Shown here one piece after another: positions 14,247 to 28,694 of a DNA stretch of 64,000 nt (position 1 is its first letter; each line of letters starts with the position of its first letter). The DNA is from Eledone cirrhosa. Lineage: Eukaryota. A model generated the notes under the pieces. That model had not been told where the DNA came from. It searched no databases and was given only the letters and a program-made list of their open reading frames with translations. The DNA lies in NCBI GenBank assembly GCA_964016885.1, contig OZ024741.1, positions 345,960,001-346,024,000 of the forward strand, in the 5' to 3' direction. Made by a program: the position numbers and the translations under genes.

Positions 14247-14295
14247 CCATTACGAGCTGAGGATCCGTAAGGTGAAACAATTGTTCTCGGTATGG
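14247..14295 (+). ncRNA. Minimal type I hammerhead ribozyme in the 3' pLTR of that PLE fragment
   Basis: ccattacgag-CTGAGGA-tcc(gtaa)ggt-GAAA-caattg-TT-ctcggtatgg; palindromic stem III ACAATTGT. Confidence 0.85.
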
Positions 14296-14361
14296 TGAAC
14301 TAACTATTGTGTAAGCACTTCTATATATATATGTATATACACACACGCACACACATACACA

Positions 14362-14443
<82 letters not shown>

Positions 14444-14549
14444 AAGTGTTAAAACGATCAAATTTTAGTTTAGAACAGTTATTAGCTGACAATTGTTTCT
14501 TCCAGAGGGATGTCTGGAATCATAGAAGCATATATACACACACACATAT

Positions 14550-14628
<79 letters not shown>

Positions 14629-14688
14629 TAAGATGTATGGTAGGTCGTATGTGAATCACGATGATTATATATATATATATATATATAT

Positions 14689-14980
14689 AGCTTGAAACTA
14701 GTACAGCGTTCCTTTGTCAGTGTTGAACAAACTAGCATCGATGGTTGCTGGACACTACGGCTTAATACGGGATGTTTGTTTACAAACACACCGAGCATTA
14801 TAATAAATGTTCGGTGAATCCATACGTACATATATATATATGTGTGCATGTATGTATATATATATATATACATACTACTGTACGTCTGTATACATATATG
14901 TATGTACGTGTACATACTTATATTTAAGTAACAGCCGTACTAACCAAGAGTGGGAAATGAAATTTCGTTTCATTTTTTCC

Positions 14981-14985
<5 letters not shown>
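14689..14985 (+). mobile_element. Family C copy between (TA)n tracts, starting in HHR stem II
   Basis: agcttGAAActagTAcagcg...gaaatgaaatttcgtttcattttttcc; 3' end at the same site as the 62834 copy. Confidence 0.8.
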
Positions 14986-15048
<63 letters not shown>

Positions 15049-15169
15049 ACTCCAGTTGCATTTTCGATTTCATCTTTTTTCCTTATATTTTCACTCGCGT
15101 AGGACACCGGTTATTTTTCATTTTGTAAAAAAAAACCTCACTTTCTAATAATATATATATATATATATA

Positions 15170-15896
<727 letters not shown>

Positions 15897-16427
15897 TATA
15901 TGCACATACATGTTTCTGCGTGTAAGAAAGCTCTCATGGTTTAGTGAATATAGTTTTCAGGTCATGATCGTAGTCAGTAGTATGATTCTCAGCTTCACGT
16001 TTTGTACTAGTTTACATTATTATATCCCATTTCTACCTTTGCTTCAAAGAGTTATAAGTGTGTGTCACTCGGAAGAATCTCCCCCAGAAATAAGATAAAT
16101 GTACACATATCAGCGGAATTGTTAGCCACTTCCTTGTTAATTATACGAAAAAGTTCTTCTGTTGTTCCTACAGCTGGAACAAACATTGTCAGTAACGAAT
16201 TGTAGTCTAACATCACGTATATAAACACACACACACATACACATGCACTCAAACACACACACAAACTCATGCACACACACACATATGTATACACACATAT
16301 ACATACACACACACAAACACACACACACACACATATATATATATACACGACTCTGACAGACGGAGAAGTCTGTCTTTCGCTGTTTCTATTTCTCTCTCTC
16401 TCTCTGTATATGTATATATATATACAC

Positions 16428-16459
<32 letters not shown>

Positions 16460-16505
16460 GTATATATATATATATATGTATATTTATATATACATACACA
16501 CACAC

Positions 16506-16598
<93 letters not shown>

Positions 16599-17300
16599 CG
16601 ATATTAATAAATGGAAACTATATTTATAAAACCATATTTATTTTATTATACATATTTCAGGGATACCAAATTAAATTACGGTATGCCTTCATCAGACAAA
16701 ATACAATATATAACAGTTTTACAAATAAACTTTGACGTACCCTTTTAAAGTGCGACCATTATTTTTGGAAGCCATCTGGATAGTGAATTGTTTATATTAT
16801 TTTAATAAGTCTTAGTGTTAAGGACAATTAGAAAAAGACGGAGAGAAAGAAAAAAGACGGAGAGAGAGAAAAAAGAAAAAGAAAAAGAAAAAAAGAAGAA
16901 AAAGAAAAAAACGTGGAGAAATATCGGAGAGAGAGAAATGGAATGAGAAAAAAAGGAAGAGATAAATAAAGACAGGAGGAAAGAAAGAAAAAGGGAAAAA
17001 GGAAGAAACAAGAAAAACAGAGGAAAGCAACAGAGAGATATCAAGTCATCAGACAGATAGAAAGACTCAAGAGAGAGAAATAATATATAGAGAGAGGGGG
17101 AGATAATGAAAACTTTACGTCATGTCATATTAAGTTGAGTTAACAATTTATATGAAATGAATAATAAAAATATAAATATTAATATTCATGAATGGGACAT
17201 AAATATATAATATGAGAAATTAAACATTGTTTAATAATGATTATATGTTTAGTTTAAAAATTGAGATCAATATACTAAGATTTGAGTTTAAGCATCCAAA

Positions 17301-18902
17301 ATGTACACATTGCTAGACAGAGTAATACAACAAATTAAAAACTTACCTAATTTATCTTACTTAAAATTATGGAAAGTGACTAGTGAGGTTATCGATTGGT
17401 TTAAAGAAATTAAATATAACTATAATAATAAGTTTATTCAGCTGGATATTGCTAACTACTATTCATCTAGCATCCCTAATCTACTGAATAAGGCACTAAA
17501 TTACGCATTTAAACATACAGACCTAACTAGCAATGAAATGCACATTATATTATCGGCAAGGAAAACATTGATAGAATTTAATAACCAACTCTGGACTAGG
17601 GCAGATAGAAATAATAATTTCGACATAACTATGGGATCATCAGACTCAGCTCAGGTAACGGACCTTGTGGGCCTATTTATAGTTAATTCGCTACATAGAA
17701 AAATACCAGGTGTAACCGGAGGCTTATATCGTGATGACATGCTTTTACTTATAGAATACAATAGCTGTGAACTAAATAGAAAAAGAAAACAAATTATACA
17801 ATTTTTTAATTACCTTAATCTAAAAGTAGAAATAGAGAATAACCATAAAATAGTCAATTTTCTAGATGTAACACTAAATCTCAACACATGTCTTCATTAT
17901 CCATTTCCCAAACTAAATGAGAACTTGAATTATGTTAATTTTAACTCTAATCACCCCAGATCTGTTAAAAATACTATAGTGAACTCTGTTCAAGAACGAA
18001 TTTCAAGAATTTCATCTAATAAAAATATATTTGAAGAAAAAGCGCAGTATTACAACGAAGCGTTAGGTAGAGCTGGATATAGAAATAAAATTAAATACAT
18101 CGACAATAATAATAATAAGCAAACTAACCAAAATAATAACAATTTTAATTATGGTAACAACTTTAACAACTATAATAGAAAACATTACAATAATTCCAAA
18201 AGCCGAAAAAGAAATAGAACTAGAAAAAATATTATGGTTTGCTCCCCTTTCTCACTAAATATTAAAACCCCTATTGCTAAACTATTCTTTAAAGCTCTTG
18301 ACAAACGCTTCCCTAGAACACATAAATATTACTCAATTTTTAATAGACATACTATAAAATTAACTTACTCGTCCACCAAAAATTTAGCACAAAATATTTA
18401 TAGAATTAATAATAGAAACTTAAAACCTAACCAAAATACCAATAATAACCCAAGCAATATTCAATTGAATAACTGTAACTGTAGAAATAAATCTAACTGT
18501 CCGTTAAATAACAACTGCTTAGCTAAAAATGTAGTGTACAATTGTAATGTTAAAACTAATTTAAATTCATTTAACTATGTCGGTTCTACCTCTACAGAAT
18601 TTAAATTTCGCTTCAATAATCATGAAAATTCTTTCACAGATCCAAACAAAAAATCTTCAACTTCGCTATCTAGCCTACTATGGGACCTAAAACGAGATAA
18701 TGTTAAATATTCGATGACTTGGAATATTATTTCAGAAGCTACTCCTTTTAATTCCTCTTCAGAAAATTGTGATCTTTGTATTGAAGAAATATTCTTTATA
18801 TTAAAGTCCAAAAATTCCTTTAATTTAAGGAATAATTTATTCAGTTGCTGCAGACATAGATTGAACTCAACTTTTAAATATAAATATAAATTTAAAATGT
18901 AG
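17301..18902 (+). CDS. PLE reverse transcriptase plus Cys-rich linker and GIY-YIG endonuclease (N-terminally truncated, 533 aa open)
   Basis: FIQLDIANYY, FDITMGSSDSAQVTDLVG, GLYRDD, VNFLDVTL, SNHP, CNCRNKSNCPLNNNC, VVY...YVG, RFNNH, CDLCIEE, CCRH. Confidence 0.9.
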   Translation: MYTLLDRVIQQIKNLPNLSYLKLWKVTSEVIDWFKEIKYNYNNKFIQLDIANYYSSSIPNLLNKALNYAFKHTDLTSNEMHIILSARKTLIEFNNQLWTRADRNNNFDITMGSSDSAQVTDLVGLFIVNSLHRKIPGVTGGLYRDDMLLLIEYNSCELNRKRKQIIQFFNYLNLKVEIENNHKIVNFLDVTLNLNTCLHYPFPKLNENLNYVNFNSNHPRSVKNTIVNSVQERISRISSNKNIFEEKAQYYNEALGRAGYRNKIKYIDNNNNKQTNQNNNNFNYGNNFNNYNRKHYNNSKSRKRNRTRKNIMVCSPFSLNIKTPIAKLFFKALDKRFPRTHKYYSIFNRHTIKLTYSSTKNLAQNIYRINNRNLKPNQNTNNNPSNIQLNNCNCRNKSNCPLNNNCLAKNVVYNCNVKTNLNSFNYVGSTSTEFKFRFNNHENSFTDPNKKSSTSLSSLLWDLKRDNVKYSMTWNIISEATPFNSSSENCDLCIEEIFFILKSKNSFNLRNNLFSCCRHRLNSTFKYKYKFKM

Positions 18903-20691
18903 TATAATAAATTAAGTAATTTAGTTAATATATGAAACCTGTCGATAAATCATTAGATTCCTTCACCTTTTTCTTTTTAAATTTTCTTCCTAAATATAAA
19001 CATAGATATAATAAACTACTCTAAAATGTCTATACTTCCAATGTCTTAAATAAAATATACATAAGATAAATTTCTATACTAAATATAAGGATATCTGTAG
19101 AATCCTTGGCTTTTTTAAATTTTTTAAATTTTTAAATTTTTTAATTTTTTAAACTTTTTACATTTTTAAATTTTTAAATTATGTTGATATAATATTTATT
19201 TAACTTTTATTTTTATTTTTATTTTTATTTTTATTTTTATTTTTAATTTTATTTTTATTTTTATTTTTATTTTTTTTTATTAGGTTTGTTTTGATTCTGA
19301 TAGCTTCTCATAATTTTCATAAGTCTATCCTTTCAATATCTTGATTGAAATATACGTAGGATAAATTTCTATACTAAATATATGAAACATATTATTTTAA
19401 CTTAAGATACTCTATAGTGTTTTAAAGATATTTAGTGTTTTGATATTTCTAGAATTCGTTTGTCCTTTAGACTATACTGATATAATTGTATTTCCAAAAT
19501 ATAATCCTTTGGTATTTTAAATTTATATTGTTATAATTATATTTCCAAAGTATAATCCTTTAGTAATATATTGATGTTTGATTATCTATATACAAATATG
19601 TATGTGTGTATTAATATGCATATACAAGTGTTATATGTTTTGTTATGATGGTATATCTGTCTGTATGTGTACATGAGTGATGCGGGTCTAACAATTGGTG
19701 AAGACGCACGCAAATATTTATTTATACATATGTGTATGTGTATATATATATATATGTATATGTATGTGTGTGGGTGAGAGTTATGTGTGTGCATGCCTAC
19801 CCACACTGTTTTGATTGCAGATATGCATAATTTTAACAGAATGTTAAATGCATGAATGGTAATCGTATATATGAAGGCATGAATGTTAATCGTATATATT
19901 TATGTATATATACTGTGAACTTTTTATAACACAAGGAATGTATAGCAATGATTAAGAGAAATCATTTGTGTTTTGTATGTCTATATTGTAGGCTTGAGTA
20001 GATATAATTTCTATTTTCAGGATGTGCGTATATATATATATATATATATATATTTGTGTATCTTTGCCGTAAGATAGTGGTTTCTCTAGCAATGTGTACA
20101 TTTTGGATGCTTAAATTCAAATTTTAGTATATTGATCTCAATTTTTAAACTAAACATATAATCATTATTAAACAATGTTTAATTTCTCATATTATATATT
20201 TATGTCCCATTCATGAATATTAATATTTATATTTTTATTATTCATTTCATAAATTGTTAACTCAACTTAATATGACATGACGTAAAGTTTTCATTATCTC
20301 CCCCTCTCTCTATATATTATTTCTCTCTCTTGAGTCTTTCTATCTGTCTGATGACTTGATATCTCTCTGTTGCTTTCCTCTGTTTTTCTTGTTTCTTCCT
20401 TTTTTCTTTTTTCTTTCTTTCCTCCTGTCTTTATTTATCTCTTCCTTTTTTCTCCATCCATTTCTCTCTCTCCGATATTTCTTCACGTTTTTTCTTTTTC
20501 TTTTTTTCTTTTTCATTTTCTTTTTTCTCACTCTCCGTCTTTTTTCTTTCTCTCCGTCTTTTTCTAATTGTCCTTAACACTAAGACTTATTAAAATAATA
20601 TAAACAATTCACTATCCAGATGGCTTCCAAAAATAATGGTCGCACTTTAAAAGGGTACGTCAAAGTTTATTTGTAAAACTGTTATGTATTG

Positions 20692-20756
20692 TATTTTGTC
20701 TGATGAAGGCATACCATAATTTAATTTGGTATCCCTGAAATATGTATAATGAAATA
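20692..20756 (+). ncRNA. Minimal type I hammerhead ribozyme, family D (mirror copy at 16639-16703 on minus)
   Basis: tattttgt-CTGATGA-aggcatacca(10 nt)tggtatccct-GAAA-tatgta-TA-atgaaata; same sense as the ORF. Confidence 0.85.
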
Positions 20757-20881
20757 AATATGGTTTTATAAATATAGTTTCCATTTATTAATATCGTATA
20801 TCTACTCCAAATACTTGACGAGTGCTTTATATCAGTTATAAAAATATTTACTTGTATCCCAACAATTTTAAATAGAACTTT

Positions 20882-20953
<72 letters not shown>

Positions 20954-21068
20954 AGAAAAACGAACACAGATATATACATATATGTATTCAAATCGCAAGG
21001 GACCAGATTCGCTAAGGTGAAATTTATTATATGAGACTATTTTGAGTTTCTAGCTCAATATATACCTT

Positions 21069-21115
<47 letters not shown>

Positions 21116-21302
21116 ATGTCAAAATTATGGGTCGAGTTATATTGAAATTATTGGTTATTGACTGTCGAAAACTGCAGAGAGATTTATAATCCTTTTGGAC
21201 ACGTCACGTTGGATAATAGTACATTTTACTGAATCAATTTAACACTAGCAACGTTCGATACTCACACACATACACACATACACACACACACACACACACA
21301 CA

Positions 21303-21401
<99 letters not shown>

Positions 21402-21507
21402 ACACACAATTATATATACATGATATATACATGATATATATATATATATACATATATGTGTGTGTATGTGTGTAATATATATATATACATATATATATAT
21501 ATTACAT

Positions 21508-21551
<44 letters not shown>

Positions 21552-22644
21552 TTATATTGTGTTTGTGTGTGCGTATATATATATACACACAAACTGATAC
21601 ATATAAATCCATAAATAGTTATTCCTTTTGTTTCTCTTAAAAAAATATTCTTTATCCTTCAACTACTCATCTCTGTTCCACGTAACCTTTTAGGCAATAG
21701 TGTCTTGCACTCATAAAATGAAATCATTATCCTCCATGACATATGGCGTGTCTTTTATTTTCAAATTTTCGATTGTACTTTTTTCTTGTGTGTAGTGGTT
21801 GAATAAATTCTTCGATATATTGAGAAAAACATTGGGAAATATATCACAATACTAATGGTTTAACATCAATCTATGCAAAAAAGAATATCAATAGTATAAA
21901 TTATTAAAATATATAGTATATAACTGTTAAAACATAATATATAACATAATAAAAAATGTTTACAATATAATATCATTTCGTTTAATGTATATGGATGCAT
22001 TTTATTTCCATTTTCTTTCTGTATTTTCTTTTTATAATCTACTTAGTCTGTCAAATGAGGAAGTGAAGAGTCCCAAGCACTACTTGACAGAATGGTACGG
22101 ATGTGGAACATTGTACAAAACTAATATGGATGGATTAAATTCAATATCGACTTTCTCAGACATGTTATAGAAGTAAAATATGGCGTGGGGTGAGATTTAC
22201 GGATATTATGCAGTTGAAATGGAATGCATCAGGCAAAATACAGAGAAAAATATTTAGAGTAAAACTGCATTCCAAGAATAAAAGGTCAGGTAAAATTGTG
22301 ATTATACATATTGGGGGTGGATCCCAATGAAAACGATAGAAAAGTGAGAGAACGAGCGTTTTAGCAAGATAGTTCTCGTACCATTTTCACTACTGTCACT
22401 CCCTTCTCTCGCACTCTCTCATTCACCATCCGCTTTTCATAAGACTTGAGATTAAAACATTGAAATATATCAGCATTGCTACTTCCATCGCCATCACCCC
22501 TGCAGTAACAGACGCCTCCCTTCTCATTCTCCTTCTCTCCCATTCGCACACATACTCTTGTCACCCAACGTTTACAGCGTGACAGTCTATTTCCGCTAGA
22601 GATGTAAATTTCATATAATAGATAGATCGATCTATGATTGATTT

Positions 22645-22822
22645 GTAGTATCGATAGTACGTCGGACAAAATGATTTGCGGTAGTTAGTAACGATATTTT
22701 ACGCTGAGTTCAAATCCTGCTAAGGTCAACATTGCTTTAATCCTAATCGATAAATTAAATTACCAGTTAATTATTGGGGCCGATTTAATCACCTGCCTTT
22801 GCCTAGCAATATTTCTGGACTT
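22645..22822 (+). mobile_element. Divergent tRNA-derived SINE
   Basis: gtagtatcgatagtacgtcggac...gagttcaaatcctgctaaggtcaac. Confidence 0.65.
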
Positions 22823-24366
22823 GTGTTTTTGTTAGATACCAATATGATAGAAAACTGATAAAGATATAGATTTTAAACTGACATTTTCAAAATATATTTT
22901 CTTACTTTTCTAATATCTAAGAAAAGAAAACAAACAAACAAAACAAACTATTGACTTATAAGCGTTAGCCATAATCTACAAAGTATATAAGGACCTGAAC
23001 GGAAAAAATAGGCATCAGCACACGTAGGGTTGACCTAAACCCACTGTATGCCGGACAATGTGCTACCATCTGCATTACTATGTCCAACCTTTCATTCCAT
23101 TATATTTAGAAGCTTTAAATTAATAGCAATATGTAAAGAAAGCTTGTGTATTGAGAAGAAGGCGAGTAACATTAGATATTTGAACTAGAAGCTTTCACCG
23201 TATTTTTTTTTTTACTACAGAAAATAGTCTAATAAAAGAGCATATAAGCCTCCCGAAGAGAAATAAAAAAACCGAATCAACACTGGGGCTTATATGCCTT
23301 GTAATTGAAATATTCTTTGTATTTAAGAAATACGCAAAATCTTCTAATTCCCTTTTAGAATTTCACACGCCATCTCTAAGTCTTGTGATTTGGCAAACTC
23401 CATTGCAATTTTCATTTATTGACCATTCTGTTTCTTCTTCGACGTTTTAGAGAATGACTCTTGAAAGATGATTTATTTGCGAGATGGTGGGTTTTAGCAC
23501 AATTAAATAGCTTTCAAAGTATTTCAATAAATCTATAAATACATAATTAAATAGGTAAATAGAATACATAAAATAACACAATATATGGACATTTTAAAGA
23601 TAATCTTTATGTTCCCTTACCTTCTTTTCCAAATTACAAAATCTATCTATCTATTTCCTATCGTCGTATATACAAGTATATATGTTGGCATACCAATATA
23701 TATATATATAAAGAAAAAAAGATGAAATCGAAAATGCAACTGGAGTCTTATTTAAAAATATATATATATATTTATTTGGTTCCTTTACCGGTTTCGCTGT
23801 TCTTCTGCTTTTCAAAAGTAGAGTTGAGATGGAGGGTCTGTCGTTTTTCTCACACCTGGTTGGTCTTTGAATGTTACTTGTTTTATATGGAAAAAAGTGG
23901 CTCGAAACGCCAGGTCTTTAGAGAAGTAATTTGATTGGTTGGTCAATAAATATAATAAATTTCGCGCCAGTTCGCGTTACAAAGTTCTTCAAACAAGGGG
24001 GGTGGGGCTCAGGTTGTTTTTTTCATATATGAGTGTTTGAATTTCTTTCTTTTTACTTTAAAAAAAGGGGCTCACGAAGGTTTTTTTAAAAAAATGTAAT
24101 TTGATTGGTTATAAATGAAATTATGGCTGTCACGCGAACAAGTTCATTAATTATCTCACCCGTATTTGGGAATTTCTTTTGTAGCCTTTTAGAGAATTTT
24201 GTGGCAAACAGAAGATAATGGTCAAGAGAAATGAAATGGGGAGAATTGTTCTGGTTCAGTGAATATGGTTGGTGCGCTGGGGTGTCAGAATTCAGACTTT
24301 CTATTGAAATAAAGAAAGTAGAGATATGTATGTTTATTTGTGTGCTTGTGTGTGTGTGGGTGTGTT

Positions 24367-24407
<41 letters not shown>

Positions 24408-24849
24408 GAAGATGATTAGTAGAAATGGGGGAGGGAGTTGTGTGTGTGTATGGGTGTTATGTGTGTGTGTGTGTGGGTGTTATGTGTGTGTATGGGTGTT
24501 ATGTGTGTGTGTGTGTGTGGGGGGGGGGGGAGTATGGTTAGCATGTTAAGATGAGGAGAGAATATATATATTTTTGTGTGTGTGTAGGAAAATGATTCCG
24601 TTAGTAGAAATGGGGGAGGGAATTATGTGTGTGTGTGTGGGGGGGGAGTTTAGCATGTTAAGGTGTTAGAGTATTAACGTATGTTAAGGTTTATTTAGTT
24701 CTGGTTTTTATTTTCTAAAGTAGGTGTTATGTATGTATGTGTCTGTTTGGATGGTTAGCATGTTATGGTGTTGACGTAATGTATATTAAACTATATTTAA
24801 TGCTGGTCTATATTTTTGAATAAACATATTTTCCTTATTCATTCGTATT

Positions 24850-26290
24850 TGTTCTGTTGTATTGTCAGCGCAAATGGGAAGACTTGGAATTTAGGTGTCT
24901 TATTACTTGCGTATATGTCTAGATGTGCACTTAGTGGTATCTGTCTCGTGGTTGGATCTCGTAATTGTTGGCGATGAATGTCATTCTGTTTCTGAGTGTG
25001 AGTTTAGTTTGTCCTACATTGCATCCTTTACATTTAATGGCATAACGTAGATTTTTTACAGCAAAATTTTGTCCTGATTTAAATGTATACGTGTTACCTT
25101 CAATGGGGTGAGTGCAGGTTCCACAATTAGAGCGACCACATTTTTTGACAGTTGGTTGTGGGTTTGTGGTAGGTGATTTGGCATTGGTGAGTAATGTTTT
25201 TAGTGATTTCGGTTGTCTTTTGCTTTTGATTATCTTTCAAGGGCTTTTTTCATTCTTGGGTCTTGTTTCAATAGTGGGATGTTCTTGTGAATAGTGTTGT
25301 AGGCTTCCGCATTTCTTGGGTTGTGTGTTGAGATATATGATAAAATATTGGACGTACCTTGAATTTGTTTCTGTTTTCGTAATTCATCAATGCCTATTGC
25401 TTTAGCCCTTTCTATTCCATTATTTATGAGTAATGGTGGGTACTGTCTTTCGAGTAGAATTTCATTTAATTCTTGAAGTCTTTTATTTCGTGTTTCATAA
25501 TTGGAGACAATTGTGCAAATTCTTCTTGCTAGGTTAAAAGGAATGTTCGTCTTCGTGTGCTTTGGATGGTGAATTGCAGGTATTGTTTGGAATCTGTTGG
25601 TTTGTAGTGTATGTCAGTTTCAATATTTGTGTTTTTTTTAAAGATTAAGATGTCCAGAAATGGGAGTTGATCTTGGCTGTATTATAAAAAGCAGGATGTG
25701 GTTATTGATGCCGTTAATTAAATATTTGAAATCATTTAGTTGGTCGAGTGTGTGGGACTAAAGAATGAGACAATCATCCAAGTAGCGTTTCCAATTCTCT
25801 GATAAATATTTGTGGAAGTTCAATCCGTATTTTGATTTGGACTGTTCATATATCTGGACTTCCAAGTATGCCATGACTAAGTTGGCATAAGTTGGAGCGG
25901 ATTTTGTACCCATCGCAGTCCCCGATATTTGCTTTTAAGTAAATCGAAATCAAAAAAGTTGTTCTGTAAAATAAATTTGAATCCCTCGGTGATGAAGCTT
26001 TTTTCTATTCTGTCCGGTATCTCACTGGGATATTTCTCTAGCCAGAATCCTATTGCTTCTAGTCCGTATTGGTGTGGGATCGTTGTGTAAAGATTCACTA
26101 CATCGAAAACGCAATAATAGTGACGTCGTTGACATGTTTGGGGAGGTGATTTACGAGGTCCAGATAGTCTCTTACAAGGCTTGGTATGTGTTTGAGAATT
26201 GGTTTTAGTAGTATGTCTATAAAGTTGCTTAGTCTGTGTGTTTCACATTGTGGGCCCGCTACAATTGGTCTGAATTTAAGGTCTGTGGGG
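24850..26290 (-). mobile_element. Decayed Penelope-like element, Neptune/Poseidon-type RT with Zn-finger linker and GIY-YIG remnant
   Basis: Hand translation: FRPIVAGPQCETHRLSNFIDILLKP, DVVNLYTTIP, GTAMGTKSAPTYANL, WKRYLDDC, LPFLDILI, HPKHTKTNIPFNLARRICTIVS, CGRSNCGTC; multiple frameshifts. Confidence 0.85.
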
Positions 26291-26390
<100 letters not shown>

Positions 26391-26582
26391 GGAGAGAGAG
26401 AGATAACGTCTGCGGTACTCAGGCATGGGAAAAAGCAGAGTAGTTATAGATGAAGGGAAAAACCGGACCACGACGCCAAACGGATTCGGCTTATATTCGA
26501 GAACCATTTCAAGTGTGTACATGAAAAAGCTTACCGAAAATCCAAGCCCAAACCTCTTGCCGATGCGTTCGGGATTTTACTA

Positions 26583-26785
<203 letters not shown>

Positions 26786-26853
26786 TCTATATTTATATCT
26801 ATCTATCTATCTATCTATCTATATCTATATCTATATCTATCTATCTATATATA

Positions 26854-27215
26854 TAAAATAATTATGTCAACTATGTAAAATTTGGCTTCGTTTGTTACAA
26901 ATTATAGATATACTGCTATATATATATCTCGGTAACAACCATCATTGGCTGTGACCTCTTCAGGCAGTCCGAATTGGTGTGAGAAGGACAGATACACATG
27001 TTGTTGAAGTGTGTTTTACTCCGTCAACCCATCGATATGTCCCATCGATATATATAGCAGTATATCTATAATTTGTAATAAACGAAGCCAAATTTTACAT
27101 ATTTGATTTAATTATTTTACTTTACTCCGGAGTAAACAAACCAACCTTCGTACTACATCGAGTGTTCCAATCTGCATACTGAGGTGTCGGTAAACAACCA
27201 ACATATTCTCAAAAC
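26854..27215. mobile_element. pLTR family B fold-back copy; minus-strand HHR with GAAA mutated to GAGA
   Basis: actgctatata...tggctgtgacctcttcaggcagt (26913-26968); arms ~26854-26925 vs 27049-27119; tail homologous to 7865-7945. Confidence 0.8.
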
Positions 27216-27226
27216 CTATATATATA

Positions 27227-27288
27227 TAGCCACTCACGGTTGCCCACTTCTTGCTTCCTCTCGTTCTCCACATGACAAGGATGCAACA

Positions 27289-27354
<66 letters not shown>

Positions 27355-27416
27355 TGTTGCATCCTTGTCATGTGGAGAACGAGAGGAAGCAAGAAGTGGG
27401 CAACCGTGAGTGGCTA
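27227..27416. repeat. Perfect 190-bp palindrome centred on a (TA)n tract
   Basis: tagccactcacgg...gcaacactga (TA)n tcagtgttgc...ccgtgagtggcta; the ORF track gives the same peptide on both strands. Confidence 0.95.
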
Positions 27417-27537
27417 GAAATTCCGATGACGTGTACAATTCTTGACCACTCATAGAATGACAACAACAGGATCTAAATCAACAAACGAAGAAATTCAATG
27501 TTAAAGGACTATAGGAAAATCTGGTTCGTTGAATCGA

Positions 27538-27622
27538 GACGTATCTGACGACCGTGTTGATTTCAGAGTCAGGTGTGATCACTATATCGAGCTGGTCACC
27601 CGAGAAACATTTGTAATATGTC
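27538..27622 (+). ncRNA. Type I hammerhead with long (~52 nt) stem II region, family E
   Basis: gacgtat-CTGACGA-...-GAAA-catttg-TA-atatgtc; homologue at 42677-42771. Confidence 0.7.
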
Positions 27623-27729
27623 CAATACATTCCTTTCGTCGCAACACTGATTCTATTTTTGCTGTGATATCATACTCTGCTCTACGCGGGAATTTAGTGT
27701 TCATACGGACGCTTTAAGCATCGAACACC

Positions 27730-27797
<68 letters not shown>

Positions 27798-27801
<4 letters not shown>

Positions 27802-28035
27802 TAAAAAAACGAAAAGTCAGTGATGCATCTGGACCCAGTTTATTGCGTGTTAAATTGTTTCGCCGGCAGGTAGCTCGAGACATGATCACTGTATGGATCT
27901 GGCTGATTCTACGGCTGCTGGTTCATTCGGACACGGGCAGTTCGTTCGGAGCAAATTTTCTCAGAGTGAGAAACAATTGTAACACGCAATAAACTGAGTC
28001 CAGATGCATCACTGATTTTTCGTTTTTTTATACTA
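27798..28035. mobile_element. Fold-back repeat related to family E with degenerate HHR
   Basis: Arms ~27798-27861 vs 27970-28035; GAAA-caattg-TA-acacg half-site. Confidence 0.65.
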
Positions 28036-28117
28036 TCCACACTCTGCTCTGTATGAATATTGAGTTGTAATTTTGGCATACCGCCTATGGAAGCACCATA
28101 GCTACCATTATACACAC

Positions 28118-28202
<85 letters not shown>

Positions 28203-28205
<3 letters not shown>

Positions 28206-28585
28206 CGATATATTAACAAATGGAAACTATATTTATAAAACCATATTTATTTCATTATATATATTTCAAGGACACCAAGTTAAATTATGGTGTGCTTTAA
28301 TCAGATAAAATATAATATAGAGCAGTTTTATAAATAAATATTGACATACCCTTAAAGAATGCGACCATTTCTGTTGGAAGCTCTATAATATATTTTATCT
28401 GATGAAAGCACACCATAATTTAACTTGGTGTCCTTGAAATTTGTATAATGAAATAAATATGGTTTTATAAATATAGTTTCCATTTGTTAATATATCGTAT
28501 TTTTACTCCAATAATTTGTTGAGTGCTTTATATCAGTTATACAAATATTTACTTGTTGTATCCCAACAATTTAAATTGAACTTCT

Positions 28586-28586
<1 letters not shown>
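28203..28586 (+). mobile_element. Solo family D pLTR fold-back with HHR at 28391-28455
   Basis: tattttat-CTGATGA-aagcacacca...tggtgtcctt-GAAA-tttgta-TA-atgaaata; inverted arm 28203-28323 has a mutated core; homologous to 20680-20885. Confidence 0.85.
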
Positions 28587-28675
<89 letters not shown>

Positions 28676-28694
28676 ATATATATATATATATATA

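Larger units (their letters stand above)
16597..20885 (+). mobile_element. Naiad-type Penelope-like element, 5'-truncated, with ~720-bp inverted terminal copy (16597-17317 vs 20085-20798)
   Basis: RT+GIY-YIG ORF, long AT-rich 3' region, HHR-bearing end duplicated in inverted orientation, (TA)n/(CA)n flanks. Confidence 0.9.
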
